64,000 nucleotides of DNA from Bacillota bacterium (GCA_021783135.1 JAJXUE010000010.1:4115-68114); one strand, 5' to 3'; shown: positions 44,772 to 54,581, counted from the first letter of the stretch. Notes: a model not told the origin generated them from the sequence alone. Translations and numbers: made by a program.

Positions 44772-46442
44772 ATGGCAAAGGATGAGCAATTAGCTGCCAA
44801 CCAGGCGGAGTGGGCGAGTAAGCTGGCGGACAAAGTATTACCGCGTTCACCAGAGCGGGACACTGACTTTACCACAGAATCCGGACTGGAGGTTGAGCGT
44901 TTATATACCCCGCTGGATTTGGCCAGCTTGGATTATCAGAAAGATCTTGGTTTTCCAGGGGATTACCCTTTTACGCGTGGGGTACAACCTACAATGTATC
45001 GGGGACGTTTTTGGACCATGCGCCAGTATGCCGGGTATGCAGATGCCGAGGAGACCAATGCCCGCTTTCGCTATCTGTTGGATCAAGGTCAGACTGGGCT
45101 GAGTGTAGCTTTTGATCTGCCGACTCAGATAGGGTTAGACAGTGATCATCAACTATCGCGCGGCGAGGTTGGTCGGGTCGGGGTAGCCATTGACTCTTTA
45201 GCCGATATGGAATTGTTATTTAAGTCAATCCCACTCGACAAGGTCAGCACCTCGATGACGATTAATGCACCTGCGGTCGTGCTACTGGCGATGTACATTG
45301 CAGTTGCGGAAAAGCAAAATGTGGATGTTAAGAAAATATCAGGTACAATTCAAAATGATATTTTAAAAGAATATGTCGCCAGAGGAACTTATATATTTCC
45401 CCCGGCCCCTTCAATGCGCTTAATTACCGATACATTTGCGTATTGCGCGGAAAATTTACCGGATTGGAATCCTATCAGCATCAGCGGTTATCATATTCGT
45501 GAGGCCGGGTCTAATGCAGTGCAAGAAATGGCATTTACTTTAGCTGACGGAATAGCCTATGTTGAGGCGGCGCTTAAAGTTGGTTTGGATGTGGATGTGT
45601 TTGCGCCCCGCCTTTCCTTTTTCTTTAATGCTCATAAGAACTTTTTTGAAGAGGTAGCTAAGTACAGGGCCTTACGCAGGATGTGGGCTAAAATAATGCG
45701 GGAGCGTTTCGGTGCCAAAAATCCCAAGAGCTTGATGTTGCGCTTCCATACCCAAACCGGAGGGAGCACCTTAACAGCACAACAGCCTGATGTCAATGTG
45801 GTACGGGTAGCCTTCCAAGCTTTAAGCGCTGTCCTAGGCGGTACCCAGTCCCTCCATACCAATTCAAAGGATGAGGCGCTGGCGTTGCCGACAGAGGAAT
45901 CAGCACGGTTAGCCTTGCGTACCCAGCAAGTAATCGCCTATGAAACGGGTGTAACCGATACAGTCGACCCGTTGGCAGGCTCTTACTTTGTGGAGAATTT
46001 GACTTCGCAATTGGAAACGAGGGCATGGGAATACATTGACAAAATAGACCAGTTGGGTGGCGCAGTCGCCGCGATTGAGACCGGCTACATGCAACGTGAA
46101 ATCCAGGAGAGTGCGTACAAATATCAACAGGATATTGAGAATATAGAACGGATTGTAGTTGGTGTCAATAAATTCCAAATTGTCGAAGAACGTCATGACG
46201 GCTTGTTGCGAGTAGACCCAAATATTGCAGAAAAGCAAGTAGCCAGGCTGCAACAGGTCAAGTCGGGACGCGACAACCGCGCTGCCGCCAGTGCTTTGGT
46301 GAAGCTACGCTCGGTTGCCGGAACTACAGAAAACGTTATGCCTTACATTATTGCGGCAGTGCGAGTGTATGCTACGCTAGGTGAGATTTGCGGTGTTTTG
46401 CGCGATGTCTACGGTGAGTACAAGCCGACGGCCACAATTTAG
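44772..46442 (+). CDS. methylmalonyl-CoA mutase, catalytic (N-terminal/large) subunit
   Basis: [28 protein letters not shown] and ...[11 protein letters not shown]... are classic MCM barrel motifs. AAGAGGTG SD precedes ATG 44772. Confidence 0.9.
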   Translation: MAKDEQLAANQAEWASKLADKVLPRSPERDTDFTTESGLEVERLYTPLDLASLDYQKDLGFPGDYPFTRGVQPTMYRGRFWTMRQYAGYADAEETNARFRYLLDQGQTGLSVAFDLPTQIGLDSDHQLSRGEVGRVGVAIDSLADMELLFKSIPLDKVSTSMTINAPAVVLLAMYIAVAEKQNVDVKKISGTIQNDILKEYVARGTYIFPPAPSMRLITDTFAYCAENLPDWNPISISGYHIREAGSNAVQEMAFTLADGIAYVEAALKVGLDVDVFAPRLSFFFNAHKNFFEEVAKYRALRRMWAKIMRERFGAKNPKSLMLRFHTQTGGSTLTAQQPDVNVVRVAFQALSAVLGGTQSLHTNSKDEALALPTEESARLALRTQQVIAYETGVTDTVDPLAGSYFVENLTSQLETRAWEYIDKIDQLGGAVAAIETGYMQREIQESAYKYQQDIENIERIVVGVNKFQIVEERHDGLLRVDPNIAEKQVARLQQVKSGRDNRAAASALVKLRSVAGTTENVMPYIIAAVRVYATLGEICGVLRDVYGEYKPTATI

Positions 46443-46483
46443 CAGATAGCGGATAAAGCTGTTTAGTTGAAGGAGGGTTTATA

Positions 46484-47299
46484 GTGAATGACCCAATTAG
46501 GGTATTAGTGGCGAAGCCGGGCTTGGACGGGCATGATCGCGGCGCGAAGGTTGTGGCACAGGCTTTGCGCAATGCCGGTATGGAGGTTATATATACCGGT
46601 CTGCGCCAGACGCCGGAACAAATTGTGGAAACCGCCGTACAGGAAGATGTCAAAGTAATTGGTCTGTCAAGTCTTTCCGGCGCCCACATGCAATTGTTTC
46701 CGGCGGTTGTAGATATTTTGCGGCAACAAGGTGCGGGTGACATTATGGTCGTCGGGGGCGGTGTGATTCCGGAAGATGACATACCTTATCTAAAAGGGTG
46801 CGGGATTGCTGAGGTGTTTACACCTGGAACATCGACTAAATCCATTGCCGAATATATCAAAAAACAGTTTCAAAGTGACGGTTTCACATTAAGCCGTATT
46901 GATCATATTGGTATAGCAGTGCCTGATCTGGCGACAAGTCTGGATTTTTACACTCGGATTTTAGGGTTAAATTGCACTGCGATCGAAGAAGTAGCTGACC
47001 AACAAGTCAAAGTTGCTTTCGTGCCGCTTGGGGATAGCGAATTGGAGCTATTGGAACCAACTTCCCCGGACAGTCCAGTGGCCAAATTCTTAGCCGCTAA
47101 GGGCCCCGGCATGCATCATGTTGCCTATCGGGTAACTGACCTTGGCTTAGCCCTAAGCTCGCTTAAGGCGCAAGGGGTGCGGTTCCTGGATGAACAGCCT
47201 CGCACAGGCGCAGGCGGAGCGTTGATTGCTTTTGTGCATCCAAAAGCTTCCGGCGGAGTATTAACAGAGCTTTGTCAGCGGACCACAGCGGAAGGTTAA
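46484..47299 (+). CDS. fusion protein: MCM cobalamin-binding domain plus methylmalonyl-CoA epimerase (VOC fold)
   Basis: Residues 1-130 carry the B12 motif [19 protein letters not shown]...GLSSLSGAH. Residues about 137-271 read [11 protein letters not shown]...ELLEP...GPGMHHVAY...FVHPK, an epimerase/glyoxalase fold. A single uninterrupted ORF. Confidence 0.85.
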   Translation: MNDPIRVLVAKPGLDGHDRGAKVVAQALRNAGMEVIYTGLRQTPEQIVETAVQEDVKVIGLSSLSGAHMQLFPAVVDILRQQGAGDIMVVGGGVIPEDDIPYLKGCGIAEVFTPGTSTKSIAEYIKKQFQSDGFTLSRIDHIGIAVPDLATSLDFYTRILGLNCTAIEEVADQQVKVAFVPLGDSELELLEPTSPDSPVAKFLAAKGPGMHHVAYRVTDLGLALSSLKAQGVRFLDEQPRTGAGGALIAFVHPKASGGVLTELCQRTTAEG

Positions 47300-47365
47300 T
47301 TCATTTTTCTGACGAATCATATATTATTGATAATAGTCCTATAATGCCGTCTAAGGGCAGGGGAG

Positions 47366-48892
47366 ATGAATATGGACAAAAAGATTGAGGACTTGGCTGT
47401 AAGAAGGGAACTAGTTAAATTGGGTGGCGGCGAAAAACGCATTCAACGCCAGCATAAGGCGGGCAAACTAACGGCGCGGGAAAGAATTGAGCTGTTGCTT
47501 GATCCAGGCTCTTTTACCGAATTAGATATGTTTGTCCAAGGTGAGGACGAAGAGTTCTTCGGTGAAGGTGTGGTCACCGGTTATGGCACAATTAACGGCA
47601 GATTAACCTATTTGTTTGCCCAGGATTTTACTGTCTATGGTGGTTCGCTGGGCGAACTGCATGCGCAAAAAGTGTGTAAAGCCATGGATTTGGCGATGAA
47701 AACAGGATGTCCGTTTATCGGGCTTAACGACTCTGGGGGAGCAAGGATCCATGAGGGAGTATATTCTTTAAGTGCCTATGGTGAGATTTTTTATCGCAAC
47801 ACCGCAGCTTCTGGTGTAATTCCGCAACTATCGGTAATTATGGGACCTTGCGCTGGGGGAGCAGTTTACTCCCCGGCCATTACGGACTTTATTTTTATGG
47901 TGAATGAGACTAGTCAAATGTTTATTACAGGGCCGCAGGTTATCAAGTCGGTTACAGGTGAAGACGTAAGTTCAGAGGTGTTGGGGGGCGCTTTGGCCCA
48001 CAACCAAAAGAGTGGTGTCGCGCATTTTATCGCGGCCAACGAACAAGAGAGCTTTGCCTCGCTTCGACACCTGCTGGAGTTTATCCCGCAGAACAATTTG
48101 GAGGACCCGCCGACGGTGGCGCCGCGTCCTCCAATAGTTGACCCAGAGGAGATCATGAATATTGTGCCGGGCGAGGCTAATCGTTCGTATGATGTGCGTG
48201 ACGTAATCAGGGCAATAGTCGACGGCGGGGATTTTCTGGAGACCCACAGTATGTTTGCCCAAAATGCAGTAGTAGGTTTTGCCCGGATGGAGGGCAATTC
48301 GGTTGGGATTGTGGCTAACCAGCCCAAAGTACTGGCAGGTTGCCTAGATATTAACGCTTCGGACAAAATTTCCCGCTTTGTGCGGTTTTGTGACTGCTTC
48401 AATATTCCCTTGATTACCTTGGTGGATGTGCCTGGCTTCTTGCCGGGAGTAGCGCAAGAACACGGTGGGATTATCCGGCATGGCGCGAAAATTTTGTACG
48501 CATATTCTGAAGCAACGGTGCCCAAAATCGCCTTGATTTTGCGCAAGGCGTATGGTGGAGCTTATGTGGCGATGTGCAGTCGTTCACTGGGTGCTGATGC
48601 CGCATATGCGTGGCCGATTGCCGAGTTAGCTGTCATGGGTCCGGATGGCGCGGCGAACATTATCTACAAAGACGAAATCAATTCTTCGGCAAACCCGGAC
48701 GAGGTTCGGGCGCAGAAGACGGCAGAATACCGCGAAAAATTCGCCAACCCCTATGTAGCTTGTGCTAAAGGTATGATTGACGATGTAGTTGACCCGCGGG
48801 ACACTCGCCGTAAATTAATTAATACTTTATATGCGCTACGGACCAAAAAAGAGACGAGGGCCCCCCGCAAACACGGCAATATTCCATTTTAA
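47366..48892 (+). CDS. propionyl-CoA carboxylase beta chain / methylmalonyl-CoA carboxyltransferase (12S-type)
   Basis: 508 aa carboxyltransferase. Motifs GKLTARERIELLLDPGSF, DSGGARIHEG and GGAYVAM. The start may be ATG 47372 instead. Confidence 0.9.
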   Translation: MNMDKKIEDLAVRRELVKLGGGEKRIQRQHKAGKLTARERIELLLDPGSFTELDMFVQGEDEEFFGEGVVTGYGTINGRLTYLFAQDFTVYGGSLGELHAQKVCKAMDLAMKTGCPFIGLNDSGGARIHEGVYSLSAYGEIFYRNTAASGVIPQLSVIMGPCAGGAVYSPAITDFIFMVNETSQMFITGPQVIKSVTGEDVSSEVLGGALAHNQKSGVAHFIAANEQESFASLRHLLEFIPQNNLEDPPTVAPRPPIVDPEEIMNIVPGEANRSYDVRDVIRAIVDGGDFLETHSMFAQNAVVGFARMEGNSVGIVANQPKVLAGCLDINASDKISRFVRFCDCFNIPLITLVDVPGFLPGVAQEHGGIIRHGAKILYAYSEATVPKIALILRKAYGGAYVAMCSRSLGADAAYAWPIAELAVMGPDGAANIIYKDEINSSANPDEVRAQKTAEYREKFANPYVACAKGMIDDVVDPRDTRRKLINTLYALRTKKETRAPRKHGNIPF

Positions 48893-48910
48893 GTAGGGGA
48901 GGGAAGGAAA

Positions 48911-50437
48911 GTGTTTAAAAAGGTTTTAGTCGCTAACCGGGGCGAAATAGCTGTTAGAGTTATTCGAGCCTGCCGCGATATGGGCATCAAAACAGTTTTG
49001 ATTCATTCTGCCGCAGACAAGGAATCAATGGCTGCGTTATTGGCAGATGAGACTTACAATATGCAAGATACAAAATGCTACCTTGACCTGCCGAAAATTA
49101 TGGAGGCGGCTAAAACCGTGGGAGCTGACGCCATTCATCCGGGTTATGGTTTTCTATCGGAAAATGCAGGTTTTCCCAAGGCTTGTCGTGAGGCCGGCAT
49201 TACATTTATCGGACCTTCGGAAGACGTTATCAAGCTGATGGGTGACAAAGCGAAGGCCAGAGAGTTGGCGATAAAGGCAGGTGTTCCTGTTGTACCAGGG
49301 TCGCCCGGACCCATAACCAGCGTGGAAGAGGCTACAAATTATGCTAAAAAAATTGGCTACCCGGTAATCCTTAAAGCTGCTGCCGGTGGCGGCGGCCGCG
49401 GGATGAGGGTCGTTAATTCGGCTCGTGAAATGGAAAACGCCTTGGAGCAGGCGAAGGCGGAAGCACTCCTGGCCTTTAAAAATGACACCATGCTACTGGA
49501 AAAATATTTATTAGAACCGCGGCACGTGGAGATTCAGCTAATGGCTGATATGGATGGCAACGTGCTGTATCTGCCGGAACGGGATTGCTCTGTGCAGCGC
49601 CGGCATCAGAAACTGGTGGAAGAATCACCATCTCCGGCTGTAAAGCCTGTCTTGCGTAAAAAAATTGGTTCGATGGCGGCGAAGCTTGCTAAAGAGGCAG
49701 GGTACCATACGGTCGGCACAGTAGAGTTTTTGCTGGACAAAAAGGGTGCATTTTATTTCATGGAAATGAACACCCGCATTCAGGTGGAACACCCGGTTAC
49801 GGAGATGGTTACCGGAATTGACCTGGTCAAAGAACAACTTAAACTGGCGGCAGGTTTGCCTTTAACGTTGCGGCAGAAGGACATTCAATGTCTGGGATGG
49901 GCGATAGAATGCCGCATTAACGCGGAAGATCCGGCCAAGGATTTCCAACCCCGTCCGGGGCGAATTGAGCATTTTGAGCCACCCGGAGGACCTGGTGTAA
50001 GAGTGGAAGTTGGGGTTTATCAAGGATGGACCATTCCTCCTTTATATGATTCCCTCTTGGCTAAGCTGATAGTTTGGGGCATTGACAGGGATGAAGCGTG
50101 TCGGCGGATGGATCATGCGTTGGCAGAGTTTAAGATAAAAGGAGTTCCAACAACTATTCCTTTTCATCGGGCAGTAATGACGAATGAATTTTTCCGCCGC
50201 GGGGAAGTGTATACTAATTTCCTGGAGACACACATGCCCAATTTCGGCGCCAATATGCCCAAATCAGTGGAAGTAGCGGCGGATGAGTCAGACGAAGAAG
50301 TGGTAGCAGCAATAGCAGGAGCCATAGCTATGCTGGCCCAAGCTCAAGGCTCAAATTATCGCATTGTCGGCATAACACCTGCAGCTTCTAATTGGAAGCT
50401 TATCAATCGGCAGAATGCAGTGCTAAGCCGGATATAG
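48911..50437 (+). CDS. accC: biotin carboxylase (ATP-grasp) with ~60-aa C-terminal OadG-like extension
   Basis: KVLVANRGEIAVRVIRACRDMGI, HPGYGFLSEN, KAAAGGGGRGMR. It is 508 aa versus about 450 for typical AccC. The tail is DEEVVAAIAGAIAMLAQAQGSNYRIVGITPAASNWKLINRQ. Confidence 0.9.
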   Translation: MFKKVLVANRGEIAVRVIRACRDMGIKTVLIHSAADKESMAALLADETYNMQDTKCYLDLPKIMEAAKTVGADAIHPGYGFLSENAGFPKACREAGITFIGPSEDVIKLMGDKAKARELAIKAGVPVVPGSPGPITSVEEATNYAKKIGYPVILKAAAGGGGRGMRVVNSAREMENALEQAKAEALLAFKNDTMLLEKYLLEPRHVEIQLMADMDGNVLYLPERDCSVQRRHQKLVEESPSPAVKPVLRKKIGSMAAKLAKEAGYHTVGTVEFLLDKKGAFYFMEMNTRIQVEHPVTEMVTGIDLVKEQLKLAAGLPLTLRQKDIQCLGWAIECRINAEDPAKDFQPRPGRIEHFEPPGGPGVRVEVGVYQGWTIPPLYDSLLAKLIVWGIDRDEACRRMDHALAEFKIKGVPTTIPFHRAVMTNEFFRRGEVYTNFLETHMPNFGANMPKSVEVAADESDEEVVAAIAGAIAMLAQAQGSNYRIVGITPAASNWKLINRQNAVLSRI

Positions 50438-50453
50438 GAAGGAGAAGGGCCAG

Positions 50454-50801
50454 ATGACCAAGCAATTTAACATTAAAGTTAACGGCAAAGCTTATATAGT
50501 TGAGGTAGAGGAGCTGGCAAGTCCAGCCGGCGCCGCCCAACCTGCGGAAGCGGGCTCCGGGGTGGCAAATTTTCAACCCAGAGTGGTTCAGGGCGCTATT
50601 ACAGCCCCGATGCCAGGCATGATAACCAAGATTGCGTGTAAAAAGGGCGACGCAGTCGAGGCTGGGCAGGTTTTAATGGTGCTGGAAGCTATGAAGATGG
50701 AAAATGAAATTACTGCTCCGCAGAAGGGCATCGTGCAAGAGGTTAGGGTAAGCGATGGTCAAACAGTCGCACCCGGCGACATGCTCGCTGTAATTGCGTA
50801 A
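50454..50801 (+). CDS. biotin carboxyl carrier protein (biotinyl domain)
   Basis: C-terminal biotinylation motif LEAMKMENEI. Confidence 0.85.
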   Translation: MTKQFNIKVNGKAYIVEVEELASPAGAAQPAEAGSGVANFQPRVVQGAITAPMPGMITKIACKKGDAVEAGQVLMVLEAMKMENEITAPQKGIVQEVRVSDGQTVAPGDMLAVIA

Positions 50802-50978
50802 AATGTCGTTAATTCACTAAGGCGCAAAATAGGTGACCTTTTAATTATTAGCTACTAATAAGGCCTGACTATAGTCGTCGGGCCTTAAATTTATACCTTT
50901 CAGCGAAAATATATCAACTTTTTACGACTTTGCCAGTAAACTAAGGTTACAGGAGGCTCGCAAAGGAGGTAGGAAGGC

Positions 50979-51497
50979 ATGGACGATACTGCTATTGAGG
51001 TAAGACTAGGGAAACCGGCAGATGCTAAAGGGATTTTAGATTGCCTACTTTTGACATTGTCTGAACACACCTGGTTTGACCGGGATGAAAATGAGTCAGG
51101 CATAACCAATCCGGATGTGTTGGGCATCAAGATTAGCCAGTTTAAGCTGGGGGAAAAGGCCTACATAGTCGCAGTGGACCAAGACAAGGTCGTGGGTTTC
51201 ATCCTTTTAGTACGGGGTGGGTTGCACAGTGTGCGGCATACCTGTGATTTAGGGATGAGTCTTTTGCCCGAATACAGGGAAAAAGGTATTGGGTCGCGCT
51301 TACTCCAAGCTGCGATTGATTGGACCAGGCAGCATGGAATGGACAAAATCTACTGCAGTACCTTTAACACCAACCATCGAGCAGTTCGGTTGTACGAAAA
51401 GTTTGGGTTTGAACGTGAGGGGGTTCGGCGCAAACAGTATAAGATTGCGGGTGAATATGTCGATCAAATTCTTTTTGGCAAACTCCTAAACGCCTAG
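50979..51497 (+). CDS. GNAT-family N-acetyltransferase
   Basis: Acetyl-CoA binding region EYREKGIGSRLLQAAIDW...NHRAVRLYEKFGF. Confidence 0.8.
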   Translation: MDDTAIEVRLGKPADAKGILDCLLLTLSEHTWFDRDENESGITNPDVLGIKISQFKLGEKAYIVAVDQDKVVGFILLVRGGLHSVRHTCDLGMSLLPEYREKGIGSRLLQAAIDWTRQHGMDKIYCSTFNTNHRAVRLYEKFGFEREGVRRKQYKIAGEYVDQILFGKLLNA

Positions 51498-51537
51498 GAG
51501 ATAGTTTTGCCCGGGGTAGTTTTGACACAGTAACATC

Positions 51538-51584
51538 AAAGCACTTAGTCCTTGGTCGTATGATCGAGAACTAAGTGCTTTTTA
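51538..51584. terminator. bidirectional terminator between convergent genes
   Basis: AAAGCACTTAG / CTAAGTGCTTT stem with TTTTT on the plus strand and TTTGATG on the minus strand. The right arm overlaps the stop codon of the minus-strand gene. Confidence 0.7.
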
Positions 51585-52398
51585 ATTGCCCGGCGAGTTG
51601 TCCGGCGGCCTTGGCTTCCCAGTAACTGTTAGTCAATAGACGCAGTACGAAGGGGTGGGCGCTCACCTCACCCTGGGCGAGGGAAAGATAGATGGCATAG
51701 GCCCATTTAGCGTGCAAAATTAACGGGAAAGTTTGCGCGAAGTTGAGCAGGCTGGTCTCGATGGCAGATTTACGCGTAGCGTGCAGCAATTTTTTCAGGT
51801 AAAGGTTGCTGCGCGGTGAAAGTTTGTAGTTTTCTAACTCAAGGGCCAGAGGAATTAACTCAGCGGGCAAAAAGTACAGGTGTTTAAATTCGGGATAGTC
51901 TGCAAGAATAACGGAAGGTGTGAAGTATAAGGTTAGGTTCCAGGCCACTTCCTGCGGTAAAAACGGCAGGTTTAAGTCGCCGGAATGGATGTTTATTTTG
52001 GCTGCGGACGCTACGGACCGCAGGCGTGCGAGAACTTGGTTTACTGTATCCAGCCTATGTGTTGACAGCCTGGGCATGATGCCGGCTGCCCACACCTCAA
52101 AAAATTGCACAGTAGCCCAGAATTCTCTGCCACCGCCCCAGATGTCACCGTAGGTTTGGGTTTTGCTCAGAAATTCGCGGTAAAAATGGATAACCTCCTC
52201 AAAAACCTCGAGGCCGTGTTCAATTAGTACAGAGGGCAGGCAATCGGCATGGGCCTCCACGGCCAGGTGACCGAACAGTAACTGACAACAGGTTGCTTCG
52301 GGGGACAGTTTGATTTGGCGTTTAATCTGTTGCCAGGCAACCTGGTCGGCGGGGCTACCGGCTAAACGTGACAAAAGGGGTTCAAGCAGCGTATCCAT
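51571..52398 (-). CDS. hypothetical protein, no recognisable family (275 aa, soluble, helical)
   Basis: Long ORF with a GAGGTG SD 6 nt before ATG 52398; the track start at 52407 is the GTG inside that SD. It has its own terminator. Confidence 0.6.
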   Translation of the reverse strand: MDTLLEPLLSRLAGSPADQVAWQQIKRQIKLSPEATCCQLLFGHLAVEAHADCLPSVLIEHGLEVFEEVIHFYREFLSKTQTYGDIWGGGREFWATVQFFEVWAAGIMPRLSTHRLDTVNQVLARLRSVASAAKINIHSGDLNLPFLPQEVAWNLTLYFTPSVILADYPEFKHLYFLPAELIPLALELENYKLSPRSNLYLKKLLHATRKSAIETSLLNFAQTFPLILHAKWAYAIYLSLAQGEVSAHPFVLRLLTNSYWEAKAAGQLAGQLKST

Positions 52399-52561
52399 AA
52401 TACTCACCTCGTTTCTAGCATTCCCAAGTGCTTGAGTATTAAATATAACTTTACACCTAGTGGGTTCATTTGCAATAAGATATGAGCTAAACGGCGGCAG
52501 TAGTGAAAAAAGTTTTTAGTTTGAGCAGAAGCAAGCAGGAGAAGGGGCTTATTTATAGAAT

Positions 52562-52592
52562 AGAGTGGGGAGAAGTGGTGGAAAGTGGAGGA
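52562..52592 (+). promoter_or_regulatory. MraZ operator: three direct repeats with 10-bp period
   Basis: AGAGTGGGG AGAAGTGGTG GAAAGTGGAG, with GTGG at 52565, 52575 and 52585, located 26-56 nt upstream of mraZ. Matches the known MraZ repeat logic (TGGGN / AAAGTG[G/T] every 10 bp). Confidence 0.55.
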
Positions 52593-52617
52593 AATCCACG
52601 CTGGGTGAGGTGGCTAA

Positions 52618-53070
52618 ATGTTCAACGGGTTTATAGGAGAATTTCAACATAGTGTTGATGGCAAAGGAAGACTTATCGTTCCGTCTAAATTCCGGGAGGG
52701 TCTGGGTGACAACTTCATAGTCACTAAAGGACTGGATAAGTGCTTATTTGTGTACCCTATGAACCAATGGTCGGAAATGGTGGATAAGTTAAAGGCCCTT
52801 CCGGTCACAGATCCCAATGCGCGAGCCTTCGTCCGCTTTTTCTTTTCCGGCGCTGCTGACTGTGAAATAGACAAACAGGGCAGAATATTACTTCCAGTAA
52901 ACCTGCGCGAACACGCCAAGATTGACAAAGATGTGTTGCTGGTGGGTGTCTCGACCAGGGTGGAAATTTGGGACAAGGCGGCCTGGGAAAAATATACCGA
53001 TGATTTGGCAGAGTCTTCTTCGTACGAAGCAATGGCTGAAAAGTTGGCAGGATTTAACCTAGGCATATAA
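52618..53070 (+). CDS. mraZ: transcriptional regulator MraZ
   Basis: Two SpoVT/AbrB-like halves with DxxGR motifs ([20 protein letters not shown]). Confidence 0.95.
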   Translation: MFNGFIGEFQHSVDGKGRLIVPSKFREGLGDNFIVTKGLDKCLFVYPMNQWSEMVDKLKALPVTDPNARAFVRFFFSGAADCEIDKQGRILLPVNLREHAKIDKDVLLVGVSTRVEIWDKAAWEKYTDDLAESSSYEAMAEKLAGFNLGI

Positions 53071-53080
53071 GTAGCTTGAG

Positions 53081-54040
53081 GTGAATACGTTGGAATTTTC
53101 TCACATAAGTGTCCTGCTGCACGAGGCAGTGGATTTACTGCAAGTAGTTCCCGGTGGCATTTATGTTGACTGTACGCTAGGCGGTGGAGGACACAGTTCC
53201 GAGATTTTACGGCGTTTACAGGGTCAGGGAAGCTTGCTTGCTTTCGATCAGGACCCTAGGGCCATTGCCGCAGCCGACGCGCGCCTAAACGCCATCGGCA
53301 CTAATTATACTTTGGTACAGCAAAACTTTGCTCGGCTCGCTTCGGTTTTGACTACCGATTATCCTCAGGGGGTTAACGGAATTTTATTTGACTTGGGCGT
53401 ATCTTCCCCCCAACTGGATGAAGCTGAACGAGGATTTAGTTATATGCAAGATGCTCCGCTGGATATGCGGATGGACCCCAGCGCAGAATTGACGGCCAAG
53501 GACATCCTTAACTACTGGCCGGAAGCAGAGTTAGCGAAAGTACTCTGGGATTACGGTGAAGAACGCTGGTCCAAGCGTATCGCCCAATTCATCATTGCCC
53601 GACGTGCGCATAAGCCGCTGGAAACCACTGGAGAACTGGTGGAGACTATTAAAGCGGCAATCCCAGCAGGGGCTAGGCGGGATGGACCACATCCGGCCAA
53701 AAGAAGTTTTCAGGCAATCCGCATCGCGGTGAATGATGAACTTGGCGTCTTTGCAAGGACTCTGGACATGGCTCTGCAGGGACTGCTCCCGGGTGGACGG
53801 ATAGTTGTTATCACCTTTCATTCCTTAGAGGACCGTATAGCTAAAGAAAAATTTCAGGTATGGGCGGGAAAATGCAGTTGTCCGCCGGAAATTCCTCTTT
53901 GTGTATGTAATGCCAAAACAAAGGTACGTATTTTAACTCGCAAGCCAATTGTGGCAAGTGAAGCTGAGTTAGACCTAAACCCCAGGGCGCGCAGTGCCAA
54001 GCTGCGTGGGGTAGAATTGCTTGGTTTGACCGATGGTTGA
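53081..54040 (+). CDS. rsmH: 16S rRNA (cytosine1402-N4)-methyltransferase
   Basis: HISVLLHEAV, DCTLGGGGHS, DLGVSSPQLD, SFHSLEDR. Confidence 0.95.
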   Translation: MNTLEFSHISVLLHEAVDLLQVVPGGIYVDCTLGGGGHSSEILRRLQGQGSLLAFDQDPRAIAAADARLNAIGTNYTLVQQNFARLASVLTTDYPQGVNGILFDLGVSSPQLDEAERGFSYMQDAPLDMRMDPSAELTAKDILNYWPEAELAKVLWDYGEERWSKRIAQFIIARRAHKPLETTGELVETIKAAIPAGARRDGPHPAKRSFQAIRIAVNDELGVFARTLDMALQGLLPGGRIVVITFHSLEDRIAKEKFQVWAGKCSCPPEIPLCVCNAKTKVRILTRKPIVASEAELDLNPRARSAKLRGVELLGLTDG

Positions 54041-54080
54041 CGCTAAAGCTTGTCATATTTAGTTTTAGGGGGGAATAAGC

Positions 54081-54581
54081 TTGGTAGTAGCTCAGGAAAA
54101 GATTCAGTATGAACAGGTAGCTTATGATTTGCCGATCAAGGGCAGAGTCGTGACGCGGAAGGCGCACACGACTGATACTTTCCGGCGAGCAAAGGTCCTG
54201 GCGGTATCTGCCGTAATGCTATTATTTATTGCCGGAATAGCGGTTGCAGCTCAATATGCACGGTTAGCGGTAAAAAACTACAATGTGACTAAGCTGGAGA
54301 ATGCAATTGCCGCGCAAAAGCTTACGAATGATCAACTCCAATTGGAGATTAGTGAATTGCTTTCCGTGAGCCGTATCGAAACAATAGCAACCAAACAGCT
54401 GGGCATGGTTAAACCGGACAAGTATGCTTATTTGGATTACCAAGTGAAAGAAAAAGCTAAAGCGCCAGAGGTGGGGGCGGCAAACCAGCCGGCAGTGGTT
54501 GCCCAAAAAGCACAGGGTAATCCGATAATCGGGCAGGTAGCTGATATTTTGTCAGGTATATTTGGTTCACAACGACGATAG
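54081..54581 (+). CDS. ftsL: cell-division protein FtsL-like (single TM plus coiled coil)
   Basis: Position between rsmH and the PBP gene, with one TM helix followed by a coiled coil. TTG start after AGGGGGGA. Confidence 0.65.
   Translation: MVVAQEKIQYEQVAYDLPIKGRVVTRKAHTTDTFRRAKVLAVSAVMLLFIAGIAVAAQYARLAVKNYNVTKLENAIAAQKLTNDQLQLEISELLSVSRIETIATKQLGMVKPDKYAYLDYQVKEKAKAPEVGAANQPAVVAQKAQGNPIIGQVADILSGIFGSQRR

Noticed and set aside
50859-50890. Hairpin AAGGCC..GGCCTT after the BCCP gene, considered as the operon terminator.
   Set aside because: No U-tract follows (TTAAATTTATA). It may still act as a weak or Rho-assisted stop, but it is not listed as a feature.
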